64,000 nucleotides of DNA from a virus (lineage: Duplodnaviria; Caudoviricetes), in IMG/VR virus record IMGVR_UViG_3300010370_000038, positions 876-64,875 of that record, one strand, 5' to 3'. The translations under genes and the position numbers were made by a program. Shown here piece after piece: positions 37,801-47,537 of this stretch. The notes beneath the pieces are model-generated. The model did not search any database. It was not told the origin of the DNA and saw nothing but the letters and a program-made list of their open reading frames with translations. Position 1 is the first letter of the stretch. Each line of letters opens with the position of its first letter.

Positions 37801-40800
37801 CAGATCATAATTTTGCTCTGATTAATCCAAAATTAGAAGTAGCAAGTAGATCATCTCTCAATTTTGACTTGCAAAGTTACAGTCTAAATGGATATGGATT
37901 TAAAATTTATTACGATAGGGGTTATAAGAGCATATTTGTTGGGACGGGTAAGAGCACGACAGCGGAAGTTGGAGATCCATTAGACGTTGAAGGTAGACCA
38001 TCTGGAATTGGTGCTACTTATACGAAAGTTAAGGTAGATAATAATACCTTCTGCCCACCAGTTCTTTATTATAATCTCACAAAAAATGGTTTCCCAATAG
38101 ATCCAGATAAAGACGTTAAGGAATTTGGAACAATCAAGTATGTAAATAGCGCATATACTGGAGAATTTGAAATTACTAGTATTGGTTCGTCTCTTGCTGG
38201 AGTTGGAACAACCGCATTTAGTTTTGCAATAGCAAGAACTCCAGAAAAAGTTTCATATGCAGCAACTGAAGCAAGAGCATTCTACTCAACAGCATCATTG
38301 GGTGTTGAAGGTCCAATTGATAAGGTACAATTAGTTTCTGGTGGAGAATTCTATTCTCGTCTACCAAGATTCGTAAAAGTCGAATCCGAAAGAGGAAATA
38401 ATGCTACTATCAAACCAGAATCAAAGAAAATTGGAAAAATTAATTCCATATCATTGATCAATGAAGGATTCAATTATTCTTCAGATCAATCATTAAGACC
38501 TATTGTTGATATTCCGAATGTTGCAGATATTACTTCATTCAATACAATCGATAATATCGAAATAACCGCAAATGGTAGAAATTATATTTCTGCACCAAAA
38601 TTAGCATTGGTCGATAGATTTAGTGGAATTGCTGTTCCAAATGCTAATATTTTTGCGGAAATTAGTAGGGATTCTGGTTCTGTAACTAAAGTTGGAATTG
38701 ATAGACCACCTACTGGATTAAAAAATAGAGAATATAAGGTATATCCAACAAATAATACAAATGGTATTGTAATTGTTTCCACACAGTCAAATCCAACCAG
38801 AACTGGTATTGTAACTTTTACAATTGCAACTCCAGTATTAGGATTTACTGCACAACCATTCAAGGTCGGTGATATGGTTTGGATTGAGGGATTTGAAACA
38901 GATGCTGACGCAGATGGTTATAACTCAACCGATCATAAGTATAATTATTTTAAAATTGACAATATCGTTACTCAAAATCCATTTGTATTTGAAGTTGATT
39001 ATTCCAACTATACTCTAAATGTTGGTCTCGGCGTTAGTGATACTGGTAGTTTCCCAAGAGTTATTAAGAAGTCAGATCTTGCCGATTTCAATGTAACATT
39101 GAAGCAATCGACATTTGAAAAAAATGAAAAATTAGTTGTAAACTCAGTGCTTACTGATCTTCAAGTAATTTCTTTTGATAAGGTTGCAGGTAATATTAAG
39201 TACATTGGTCTATATCAATTACAAGTTGGCGATAATATAGCAGGTTCAAAGAGTGGATCAAGAGCTACAGTTCAAGATATTATTAGTTTCTCTGGAGTTT
39301 ATAGTGTAAAAGGAGAAAGTGAAAAAACATTAGAGGGCGTAGGTGGTTCTGGTAAACTAAATTCCAGTTTCCAGGTTCTTGAAGACAACAACTATTATCA
39401 AAATCTATCATATACACTTAAGTCGGAAGTTGCTTATGACGATTGCATTGATGCTGTCAATAATACAGTACACCCAACTGGTCTTAAAAATTTCGTTGAT
39501 AATCAAATTGTTTCGTCTATTCCAAGAGTTGGTATTCAAACTGCAACTACAACTTCATTAACAACTGTCGATCTTGTAGAAAATGTTAGGGTTGATGATG
39601 TTTATAATTATGATCTTGCAAGAGATCTTGATGTTAAGATTAGAAATAATCAATCTATAAGTAATAAGATTGAATTGCAGAATGCAAAACTATCTGATTA
39701 CATCGAATCCAAGACAAATAGAGTTTTACCAGTCGATGATATTTCTTCACAATTTAGTAACCTAAGTAATCCAAATACACTGGATTTATTTGAAAACATT
39801 TACAGGTATCCATTCAATTATACTTCAAATAGATTCTTAGTTCAGATTACTACTGAAGACTATAAGAAAGTACAAGTTTCTGAAATTACGATTCTTCAGG
39901 ATGGTTCAAATACCTACTATACGGAACCAACATTTAAAAAATTACACAATACTCCACAAGAAATTGGTACTCTTGAGGCAGATTTAGATGAAGAAAACTC
40001 TAATGTTAGAGTAAGATTCTATCCAACAGATCCTTATAACACCAATTATAATATTAAAATTATCAACAACTTCTATGATACTGTACCAACTATTACTGGA
40101 ATAGGTACAACTCAATTTGGATTTGCTGCTCTAATGGGAGCCGATGCCCAAATTGGAACAATGACATCAAAATCATTTGTTTCTGTTGCTGCAACAAATT
40201 ACAACTACTTACATGCATATGTTGAGGCAGAAACATTATCAGTAGGACAAAAAGAAACACTTTTTGCTGAAGTTGTTGCTATTCATGACACTAGTGATAG
40301 TTACATTGGTGAATATAATATCATTTCCTCTGATGGTTCGTATGGTGGAACAAATGCTGGAACCTTTGGAACCTTTGGATCTACTTATGATCCGATTAAT
40401 AATAAGTTTAGCATTGACTTTTACAATAATAGTACCAAAGATATTGTACAATTAAAATCAAGAATTATCGGATTTGGCAAAACTGAAGGAACCACAAACA
40501 GAGATTATAGATTCCTAGCTAGTGGAATGATCCCAGGCAATGAAAGATCAGCAAGATACTATACTGAATATCAAACTGTTGGTGTTGGTTCAACTGCAAA
40601 TTTTGCTGGAATCACAAGTGCAAACCAATCTGTAAACCAATGTACGATGATTGTTGGTTATGGAAGGACCTTCTCTTGCTACCAGTACTTATTCCTCAAT
40701 GATTATTTCTCTGGAAGTCTATATTTCTCAGAATATCCAGTATTATCTGTAGGAAACACTAGTGGTCTGGGGACAGTTTACGCGGATTATGATGCTAGAG

Positions 40801-43800
40801 GAAGAGGTGTATTAATCTTTACGCCCGACCCATCAATTACTGAAAAGATGTACATGAGAACCTTTAATGAGGTCATGTATCTTGAATTGGAACAAAATAA
40901 TGTAAATCCACTACAATATGGAGTTGCAATTGAAGAGGTCTTCAACACAAAATATACTGCACTAAACTTAAGAAATATCTTCGAATTCCCAATGGATTGG
41001 AATGGATATCCAATCTATACCAAAACATTTAACCCAGCAATCCCAGGTCAGTTCAACCCAGCAACTGGCGTATTCAATATCAAAAATCACTTCTTTACTA
41101 CTGGTCAACCATTAGTTTATACTCCAGGTGGAAGTTTTGTTGGACTAGCAACAACTGCTATTTCTATGAATAGTGGTAGTTTTATGCCAGGAATTGTTTA
41201 TGCTATCAAAGACAACGAAGATAATTTTAGAGTCGGTTTAACTACTGCTGATGCACTTGCTGGAATTGGCACAACATTTGCAGATGTTGGTTCTGGCAAC
41301 GTTCATAAATTTGATACACGAGGAAAATTAGAGAGATCCTTGATCGCTATTGATGGTATTGTACAAAAACCACTAACTTGGGCTCCAATTACTAGAACTC
41401 TTGAGCATAACATAGTATCTGCTGGAGGAACTTTAGGATTGGGTAAAACCGACATATATGCATCAATATCTGGTATTTCTTCAATAGTCCTTGGAGATTT
41501 GTTCCAGATTGAAGATGAATTAGTAATAGTAGATTCCGTTGGTGTTGGAGTTAGTTTATTTGCGATAGATCCAAGTGGTATTGGAACATATAATTTAATT
41601 AAAATTCAAAGAGGGGCAGTTGGAACTGCAGCATCTTTCCATGCAAATGGAACCTTAATGCAAAAATATACTGGTTCCTACAATATCGTAGATAGTAAAA
41701 TCTTCTTTACTGGAGCGCCAAATGGTGGTAAGTCGTCCGATGAAGCTATCAATACTGGTATCCCAGAGAAAGGATCCAGCTTTAGTGGAAGAGTTTTCTT
41801 AAGAAAAGATTACTCGACCAATAAGATTTTTGATGACATCTCTGGTCAGTTTACTGGTATTGCAAGAACCTTTACACTGAAGTCTGAAGGTCAAGATATA
41901 ACTGGAATTGGAAGTGAAGGTGGTTTTGGTATATTCTTTGTCAATAACATGTTCCAAAAACCACAAACTCTCAATAATGTAAATGCCAACTTGTTCATTA
42001 GAGAATCTGGTGGTCAAAGTAATTTGACATTTACAGGAACTTTGAATGAGACTGGAGATGTTGTAACATCTTTTGTTGATATTAACCAAAACGGTGTTCC
42101 TAGAGGTGGTATAGTCGTAACCCTTGGTTCCAGTGAAGGACAAGGATTTGCGGAATTGGGCAACCCATCAATTGGTGCCTCAGTAAACCATGCTGGAGAA
42201 ATTTGGAAGGTATTGACATCTCCAACGACTCAAAATATGGTGGAGATTACAGATTTTATCTATGACCATACTACTGGATTATCTACTGTAACAACAAGCA
42301 CTCCACATGGATTTATCGATGGTACTTACATTGATATGGTAGGCATTGGATTTACTTGCAATCCAACAAAATCTGGTATTACCACTGGAGTATTCCCATA
42401 TACCAGAGGTCAAAAGAAAAATATTGCAAATATCATTTATGATAATACCACTGGAATGGCAACTGTAACGACAGTAGAACCATTTGGAATCTTAAATGTT
42501 GGCGAAGAAGTATTTTTCAATGGAATTGGATTTACTTGCATTGGGCAAAAGTATGCTCAGATTAGCCAGACTGCTGGATTGACAACAACAATATTCCCAA
42601 CCAGAACTGGTATTGCAAAAACAATTTCAGACTTTAAGTATCACAATTCTACTGGTATTGGAACAATCACATTATCAACACCACACAGATATCAGGCAGG
42701 AGATAGAATTTATCTCGAAGATCTCGAACTATCATGTGGATATGGAATTGGAATCACCGATGTTCTTTATAATGCATCTACTGGACTAACAACTGTTACA
42801 ACAGCATCGGCGCATGGTTTCTCTAAAGGAGACAAAGTTAGATTATCTGGTATTGCATTTACTTGCCCAGGATATGGTACAACTATTGCAATTTCTGACT
42901 TTGAATATGACAATTCAACTGGAATTAGTACTATTACACTTTCTGCTGAGCATGGAGTAAAACCAGGGCAACAAATTAAACTAGTTGGTCTTGGATTTAC
43001 TTGTGATTCTGCATATATTGGCGTAACTACTACTATCTTCCCAGATGGCACACAAGGAGACGTATTCCCAGTAATTAAGGTACTGTCGGCAACTAAGATT
43101 TTAACCAATGTTGGAGTTTCTACCATCGTTCACCATTATGATGCTGGCGGTCATATGCAGGTTGGTATTACATCAACCATATTCCCATCAGGTAATAATG
43201 GTTTTGAGTTTATTATTACTAGTGTTCCAACCACTAAGAAGTTTAGAGTAAATGTAGGAACCTCCACAATTCCACATACTTATGTAAGTGGTGGTACAGC
43301 AATTCTTGGTCTAACCACAACAACCTTCCCACACCCAACTGGAATCGCCCACAGCCTGTCTGATTTTGTTTATGACAATACGACTGGTATTGCGACAATT
43401 ACGGTTGCTAGAGGCGGTCACACGTACTCATTAGGAGATAGAATTAATTTTGCTGGTATTGGATTTACTTGCGACGGTGGTTCTGGTTTAACAACCTCGG
43501 TATTCCCAAGTCCTTTAGGTAGACCATATAATATCACTGGGTTTACCTATGATAATTCAACTGGTCTAGCGACAGTAACCACTTCAGTTGCTCACGACTT
43601 TAAAGTAACCGATAGCTTAAACTTTGAAGGAATTAATTTCAGTTGCCCTGGTGGATCTGGAATTACAACCACAGTTTTCCCAGATACAGTCAACTTCCCA
43701 ACTAGATCATACAGAGTACTTGCAATCCAAGATTCTACCAAGATTCAAGTTGACGTTGGAGTATCGACAATTATTCACACATATGTCGCTGGTGGCACCG

Positions 43801-46800
43801 TTTCTGCAATTAAGAAGACTGGACCATATGAGGTAAACAGAATTATTGGCATCAGTACTTTCTGCTGCAATGTCGGAATCTCAACGTATAAGCATTATTA
43901 TACACCTGCAAATGGCGTTGGAGAAGTTACAAAGTTAAACTTTGGTGGTGTTGATGATACTTATGTTGTTACTGGAATAGTAAGTGCAAAATCATTTACT
44001 ATTGATGCTGGAATTTCCACATATACCCACACATATGCTGGCGGTGGAATCTCCAGAAAGAAATTAAGGACTCAATCTTTTATTGTAGACACTGTTGTAA
44101 ACGATAGAACTTTTAGAACCAATGTTGGACCTTCTACATATCGCCATGTATATGATCCACAACCAATTAAAGTTCCAGGTACTATCTTAATAAGTAATTT
44201 CCAATATAACAATCAAACTGGATTAGCAACTATCACAGCACCTTTCCATGGAATTAGAAAAGGTGGTGAACTCATTAGAATTTCTGGTCTCGCATTGAGT
44301 TGCCCAGGTGGATCTGGAATCACAACAACAATCTTCCCATCTGCTGATGGATTAAGCAGAAATGTAACTAACGCAATTTATGACAATACTGTAGGAATTC
44401 TTACTGTGACAACTGCAGTTGGTCATGGTATTACCTTTGTTGGTCAATTTGTTAAGTTAGAAGATCTTGGATTTGATTGTGCAGGTGGAAATACTAGTGT
44501 AACTGGAGCAACATATTTTAGTGACCTTCCTATTACTGGATTTGATTACACAGAAACAACAGGTGTTGCTACAGTAACTGCTGTAGGTCATGGATTGACA
44601 ACAGGAGAAAATGTAAGACTATCTGGTATTGCATTTACATGCCCTGGTGGATCTGGAATCACAACTACCATCTTCCCAGATGGTACACAAGGATTCTTCT
44701 TTGGAGTAAATGATGTTATTGATCCAGACACATTTGTTACTAACGTAGGAATTTCAACCATTGCTCACACTTATGTAAGTGGAGGAATTGTAAGAACTGG
44801 AGTTACTACTGATAAGTTCCCATCTCCTCAGGGAGCATTCATTAAGATCTTTGATTTTGAATATAATAACCAAACTGGTCTAGCAACAGTAACCACTAAC
44901 GGTTATCATCAATTTGGATCTGGTCAGGTAATCAAATTCCACGATATTCATTTCACATGCCCAGGTGGTTCTGGAATCACTACAACTGTATTCCCCGATA
45001 ATAACCAAACCACATTTGTAGTAAAAGAAAGAATTAATAGACATCAATTTACAGTTAATGTTGGAATTTCTACAATTCCACATACCTATGATAAGGGTGG
45101 TAGAGTTTCTCCAGTTAGATATACTGGTCCGTATGAGGTAATTTCAATTAATAGCAATACCGAGTATGAAGTCAATGTTGGAAGATCTGCCATTGCACAC
45201 ACATATACGAGTGGCGGAACATCAAAACCTCAACATTATACTGGTCCTTATGAACTTCTAAGTGTAGTCGATTCAAATACTCTAAAAGTAAGAATTGGTA
45301 TTTCTACATATGTACACACATATGTAAGTGGAGGTAAGGTTACTAGGTTACGTTCTGGTATTGTTGAGAAAAAACTAAATCCAGGTCCATTCACAGTTGA
45401 TAGTGTAATAGATTCTACCAAGTTTACTGTTGATGTAGGTATTTGCACTTTCCCACACTTCTATCATTCTGGTGGTAAGGTGGGAGAATTGCTATCATTC
45501 TTCCCAGGAAGTGGATATTATGGAAATACTGTTCCTGTCACTTTAGTATCTAAGAATGGCATTGGTTCTGGAGCAGCTATAAACGCAACTGTTGGTTATG
45601 GTGGATCGTTAGTTTTCACTCTCAATAATGTAGGATCTGGTTATACGGATTCGCCAATTATCAGATTGCCAGGTCCATCATATGATGATGTACCCGTTAA
45701 GGGTCTCTTTAGACTTGGTATTGGAGAAACTACACAAACTGGATTTGGTCTATCAGTAACACTAAATGTTGGTGGTATATCAACCTCTGGTATAACTTCA
45801 AACTTGAGTGGCGTTAAGAACTTTAGCATTACTAATCCAGGTTATGGTTTTGCTGTTGGAGATAAATTAACTACCGTTGGATTAGTCACTGCGGCACAGA
45901 TACTATCTGGAAAGACAGTAGGTTATCGCACAGACACCGTACCATTTGAACTTCAGGTCTTGGAAACTTACAGTGATACTTTCTATGCTTGGCAATTTGG
46001 TCAGATTGATTATATTGATGATGTAACTGAGTTGCAAAACGGAGAATCAAAGAGATTCCCACTAAGGCAAAATGGTCAGTTATTGAGTTTTGAAAAAGCA
46101 GATGGATCTGCAATTTCATTCCCAGCTCTTTTATTAATCTTCGTAAATGGAGTTTTACAACTTCCAAATACAAACTATATTTTTGAAGGTGGAACTTCAT
46201 TTGAATTTACATCAGCACCACAACCAGATGATCAAATTGCAATTTACTTCTATAGAGGAAGTAACGATGATGTTATCAATAAAGAAGTATTTGAAACTAT
46301 TAAGGTCGGAGATGAAGTAATAATTCTCAGAAAAGCGTTTGATCCCGACACAGTAGATCAAGACCCAAGAGTTGTTAATACAATTTTGGCATCAGATACA
46401 GTTGCTACAAATCTATACACTCTTCAAGGAATTAATGATACTACATATAGACCTTTAGTGTGGAGAAAGCAGAAAAATGACAGAATTGTTGATGGTAGGG
46501 TTATTTCAAAGTCTAGAGAAACTTTAGAACCACAAATTTATCCAACAGCAAGAGTTATTGGTTCAATCGGTTCTACTTCTACATCTATCTTTGTAGATTC
46601 TGTTGGTATATTCAATTGGGAAGAACTTACACCAACAACCGATTTTGACATCGTACTCACCCAATACAACAATCCAGTAGTAGGTGTTTTATCAGTTGGA
46701 ATAGCAACTACTGGGGCAAACGCTGGTTCAATTTCAACAATTACAGTCCTTGAAGGTGGAAGTGGTTATTCTGGAATAGTAACTATCTCAATATCAAACC

Positions 46801-47498
46801 CAAGCAACATTAGAGTTGGTTTTGGCACAACAGCATTGGCTACTGCAATTATTGGTGCTGGTGGATCAATTATTGGAGCAAATATATTAAATGCTGGAAG
46901 TGGTTATTCGACAACTAGAAATGCATATGCACTTGCACCATATCCTCAGATTAAAGTTTCTGAGGAAATACTTGCCGTAACCGTTACAAATGGTTACGAT
47001 GGGGCATTGATTGGTATTGATACTGGTGTTGGAATCGGAACAAATTTAGCACTCAAATTTACGTTAGATCTTCCAGATAGCCCAGAAAATACATTAAGAG
47101 ATGGGTTTAGAATCTGGATTAATGGAACAAACGTTGGTTCTGGTGTAACATCAATTGATAATGGACCAAATGAGATAATTGGAATTGGCACTAACAAACT
47201 AGATAATATCTACAAAGTTCACTTTGTACAATATGATGGTGGATCTGGAGTTGTAACCGTAACTTGCAACGTCAAAGATGATACGAATATCAGCGGTCTT
47301 GCTACAGTTGGAACAGCATTCACTTCTGTTGGAAGATATAGTTGGGGAATTTTGACTGGATTTACTAGATCTCAAGATCCTATTTCTATCTCCGCAGATG
47401 GATTTACTCCAACTTCTGGTCTCTCAACATATCCATTAGTACAGAGAAGAGGATATGGTCTGAGAAACACGGGTGCTATACGAAGAGAACCAATATGA
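31857..47498 (+). CDS. gp7: Baseplate wedge initiator gp7 (giant, 5213 aa, many inserted domains)
   Basis: Between gp6 and gp8; QLPRFV...FLRQYY, FYQTKGT.ESFRILF, DNNYYQNLSY...VHPTG; YHYH-like SPIIGWAYDGNPI. Confidence 0.9.
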   Translation: MAVKRVKIKDIVESQLPRFVLEDSPKVAEFLRQYYISQEFQGGSVDLAENLDQYIKLDHLVASVINPAITLEFPISASDDQILLSSVEGLPDSYGLVKIDDEIITYTGVDGNTLTGCVRGFSGIVKYRDENNPEELIFESTNAASHTSGLVTFDTTTYSPGDYYYQDATITTMYGIIRVRPSTGTVKTVRYKVKNIQSSFYQLSGPDIDDTQLNQTVVVNQGDIVQFEVEASGHPLYIQSTGDGYDTNAVLTVGVQNAGASVVTSVQNLSVEFLKEFFIKLKTLYAPGFEDRKLYEGVNIKNFLANVRSFYQTKGTRESFRILFSVLYGKSVQVVDLEDFVLKSSTSNYLRRATVVAQVISGDPLLLTGQTLYQDDDPTNPEVIAASGPISEVEIFSRQGEVFYKIPLFIGYNEQSLVTGRFYVPGYTKNTLEASANARVINVDSTVGFSKSGKLIIDGLNGTTIVTYTDKNLTQFLGCSGLTTNLPVGYALRSNVTAYGFEEGDSSRRVDLRITGVLGEFESIGDNYYLDVGNEIYIKSIGEDIGVPADPTQEPTYKQKIFNSWLYNVATRYQVKEVSGSTFTLFDNITKNYLKTGDQVHVLPRDSSTILTTAEVTVLNSNTIQLSNTTGVVANGKYDIRRIIERASSTNNLIEFGNETITSDIQNTYVTKDKTFESMYVACQGLPSFDINVDRVRVEFNGLDIASGAIQQLVSFVNNLPFVSGDEVIYEALNGAPSIGGLESGKRYFIWINPSANNQLKLTEARSFIDANKFITLTPAAGTHRLTLAAHYDKLIQPQKILRQFPLFPNVKSGLAQTTTYGATGMLINGVEIINYKSSDFIAYGPLESLSLISGGTDYDIINPPNVNISNTGAGGTEARVDPVITGSLKSIYLPNKDVYDIDQIFGLNIEGGNGQGASASVTLSKNFTTVEFNAKSIFSNGGVDVAANTITFTSSHNFSTGQKIVYNANGNNPLGIAKTLGSDDDYSYGDTLENGIIYFPRIVNTSTIQLHLTETDAVNGINTVGITTLNNLGIHKFRSFDFKNKIQTISVVTAGEGYTRRTYNIKSNIGINTSIDAFYVPNHGYKDDEVVVYQGTDPIRELTSNSQYRIIKLSADEFRLANSSIDVLRNRYINFSNTGSGIHTVKYPDITAKIVASVGGTTISIDTEPDFRGEIISTYLSETGSNYGSNVLNFEKSPTVTVISGRGAQFQPFVSNGVITGVQIIGAGEEYTSAPDLVVNGEGTGAQLKAKITNKKVTSVEVISGGLGYNPKTTTISVTSIGRGAIIEASIRKLTVNLRNKYSSDDFLNPNTNYPLQYGTLSYSQQFQDAFGDSLATRSPIIGWAYDGNPIFGPFGTRNPKENTGITTYIRSGYELRQNEVENRPSTSLFPAGFFVEDYKFVGNGDLDEYNGRFFISDDFPQGIYGYCATLEINPGTGLPRPAFPYYIGNSYISPKASQVISQDTDLNTLDLNRNTYPYKLKSPTASYDFIIESDELVGQEGVVDSIITSSVEKLNIIESGDLYKVNDKIVFDEEGTNGQGINAVVSFVKGKDVNSIQSTNVQFNDVTFIKTSDTQITGIIEPNHQFNNNEVIEIFDLNTDVKGLSGFHVVGVATERAIILDPMQGGGPVGLVTDVIVSRIPTNVSGGSSIRMSNGEVCKILNVIKRGNILRLERSGIATFQEADTITYLQDKFIIESDAPQFESEYFPKEYFNPKTAVGVGTTVGNYNSLEYYENRVQKTRVINHQEIFVDKHPFFDGQKALFVKPAGSLSVAIATAIGVGTTAILVNDSIPRSGTSQEVWIVNKSINSIGIKTERNGAPVFFTSNGSDFSDYYIQGIGTAVRGSVKQPTTTVTTSEAHGLQVGDKVSFNILANNTVGIGTSTTVRVELNSAGLLVVDSQGISSAGINTVTNRITVPGNNFRTGDRIFYEPRCPEVIGGLGTGRYFVYKDTPDEFRLCETYEDVFADVPVVVSLTSIGGTDHNFALINPKLEVASRSSLNFDLQSYSLNGYGFKIYYDRGYKSIFVGTGKSTTAEVGDPLDVEGRPSGIGATYTKVKVDNNTFCPPVLYYNLTKNGFPIDPDKDVKEFGTIKYVNSAYTGEFEITSIGSSLAGVGTTAFSFAIARTPEKVSYAATEARAFYSTASLGVEGPIDKVQLVSGGEFYSRLPRFVKVESERGNNATIKPESKKIGKINSISLINEGFNYSSDQSLRPIVDIPNVADITSFNTIDNIEITANGRNYISAPKLALVDRFSGIAVPNANIFAEISRDSGSVTKVGIDRPPTGLKNREYKVYPTNNTNGIVIVSTQSNPTRTGIVTFTIATPVLGFTAQPFKVGDMVWIEGFETDADADGYNSTDHKYNYFKIDNIVTQNPFVFEVDYSNYTLNVGLGVSDTGSFPRVIKKSDLADFNVTLKQSTFEKNEKLVVNSVLTDLQVISFDKVAGNIKYIGLYQLQVGDNIAGSKSGSRATVQDIISFSGVYSVKGESEKTLEGVGGSGKLNSSFQVLEDNNYYQNLSYTLKSEVAYDDCIDAVNNTVHPTGLKNFVDNQIVSSIPRVGIQTATTTSLTTVDLVENVRVDDVYNYDLARDLDVKIRNNQSISNKIELQNAKLSDYIESKTNRVLPVDDISSQFSNLSNPNTLDLFENIYRYPFNYTSNRFLVQITTEDYKKVQVSEITILQDGSNTYYTEPTFKKLHNTPQEIGTLEADLDEENSNVRVRFYPTDPYNTNYNIKIINNFYDTVPTITGIGTTQFGFAALMGADAQIGTMTSKSFVSVAATNYNYLHAYVEAETLSVGQKETLFAEVVAIHDTSDSYIGEYNIISSDGSYGGTNAGTFGTFGSTYDPINNKFSIDFYNNSTKDIVQLKSRIIGFGKTEGTTNRDYRFLASGMIPGNERSARYYTEYQTVGVGSTANFAGITSANQSVNQCTMIVGYGRTFSCYQYLFLNDYFSGSLYFSEYPVLSVGNTSGLGTVYADYDARGRGVLIFTPDPSITEKMYMRTFNEVMYLELEQNNVNPLQYGVAIEEVFNTKYTALNLRNIFEFPMDWNGYPIYTKTFNPAIPGQFNPATGVFNIKNHFFTTGQPLVYTPGGSFVGLATTAISMNSGSFMPGIVYAIKDNEDNFRVGLTTADALAGIGTTFADVGSGNVHKFDTRGKLERSLIAIDGIVQKPLTWAPITRTLEHNIVSAGGTLGLGKTDIYASISGISSIVLGDLFQIEDELVIVDSVGVGVSLFAIDPSGIGTYNLIKIQRGAVGTAASFHANGTLMQKYTGSYNIVDSKIFFTGAPNGGKSSDEAINTGIPEKGSSFSGRVFLRKDYSTNKIFDDISGQFTGIARTFTLKSEGQDITGIGSEGGFGIFFVNNMFQKPQTLNNVNANLFIRESGGQSNLTFTGTLNETGDVVTSFVDINQNGVPRGGIVVTLGSSEGQGFAELGNPSIGASVNHAGEIWKVLTSPTTQNMVEITDFIYDHTTGLSTVTTSTPHGFIDGTYIDMVGIGFTCNPTKSGITTGVFPYTRGQKKNIANIIYDNTTGMATVTTVEPFGILNVGEEVFFNGIGFTCIGQKYAQISQTAGLTTTIFPTRTGIAKTISDFKYHNSTGIGTITLSTPHRYQAGDRIYLEDLELSCGYGIGITDVLYNASTGLTTVTTASAHGFSKGDKVRLSGIAFTCPGYGTTIAISDFEYDNSTGISTITLSAEHGVKPGQQIKLVGLGFTCDSAYIGVTTTIFPDGTQGDVFPVIKVLSATKILTNVGVSTIVHHYDAGGHMQVGITSTIFPSGNNGFEFIITSVPTTKKFRVNVGTSTIPHTYVSGGTAILGLTTTTFPHPTGIAHSLSDFVYDNTTGIATITVARGGHTYSLGDRINFAGIGFTCDGGSGLTTSVFPSPLGRPYNITGFTYDNSTGLATVTTSVAHDFKVTDSLNFEGINFSCPGGSGITTTVFPDTVNFPTRSYRVLAIQDSTKIQVDVGVSTIIHTYVAGGTVSAIKKTGPYEVNRIIGISTFCCNVGISTYKHYYTPANGVGEVTKLNFGGVDDTYVVTGIVSAKSFTIDAGISTYTHTYAGGGISRKKLRTQSFIVDTVVNDRTFRTNVGPSTYRHVYDPQPIKVPGTILISNFQYNNQTGLATITAPFHGIRKGGELIRISGLALSCPGGSGITTTIFPSADGLSRNVTNAIYDNTVGILTVTTAVGHGITFVGQFVKLEDLGFDCAGGNTSVTGATYFSDLPITGFDYTETTGVATVTAVGHGLTTGENVRLSGIAFTCPGGSGITTTIFPDGTQGFFFGVNDVIDPDTFVTNVGISTIAHTYVSGGIVRTGVTTDKFPSPQGAFIKIFDFEYNNQTGLATVTTNGYHQFGSGQVIKFHDIHFTCPGGSGITTTVFPDNNQTTFVVKERINRHQFTVNVGISTIPHTYDKGGRVSPVRYTGPYEVISINSNTEYEVNVGRSAIAHTYTSGGTSKPQHYTGPYELLSVVDSNTLKVRIGISTYVHTYVSGGKVTRLRSGIVEKKLNPGPFTVDSVIDSTKFTVDVGICTFPHFYHSGGKVGELLSFFPGSGYYGNTVPVTLVSKNGIGSGAAINATVGYGGSLVFTLNNVGSGYTDSPIIRLPGPSYDDVPVKGLFRLGIGETTQTGFGLSVTLNVGGISTSGITSNLSGVKNFSITNPGYGFAVGDKLTTVGLVTAAQILSGKTVGYRTDTVPFELQVLETYSDTFYAWQFGQIDYIDDVTELQNGESKRFPLRQNGQLLSFEKADGSAISFPALLLIFVNGVLQLPNTNYIFEGGTSFEFTSAPQPDDQIAIYFYRGSNDDVINKEVFETIKVGDEVIILRKAFDPDTVDQDPRVVNTILASDTVATNLYTLQGINDTTYRPLVWRKQKNDRIVDGRVISKSRETLEPQIYPTARVIGSIGSTSTSIFVDSVGIFNWEELTPTTDFDIVLTQYNNPVVGVLSVGIATTGANAGSISTITVLEGGSGYSGIVTISISNPSNIRVGFGTTALATAIIGAGGSIIGANILNAGSGYSTTRNAYALAPYPQIKVSEEILAVTVTNGYDGALIGIDTGVGIGTNLALKFTLDLPDSPENTLRDGFRIWINGTNVGSGVTSIDNGPNEIIGIGTNKLDNIYKVHFVQYDGGSGVVTVTCNVKDDTNISGLATVGTAFTSVGRYSWGILTGFTRSQDPISISADGFTPTSGLSTYPLVQRRGYGLRNTGAIRREPI

Positions 47499-47503
47499 TG
47501 AGT

Positions 47504-47511
47504 TATAAATA
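47504..47511 (+). promoter_or_regulatory. T4 late promoter
   Basis: Exact TATAAATA upstream of gp8. Confidence 0.8.
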
Positions 47512-47537
47512 AATAAAAAACGAGTGTATTTTCAATA

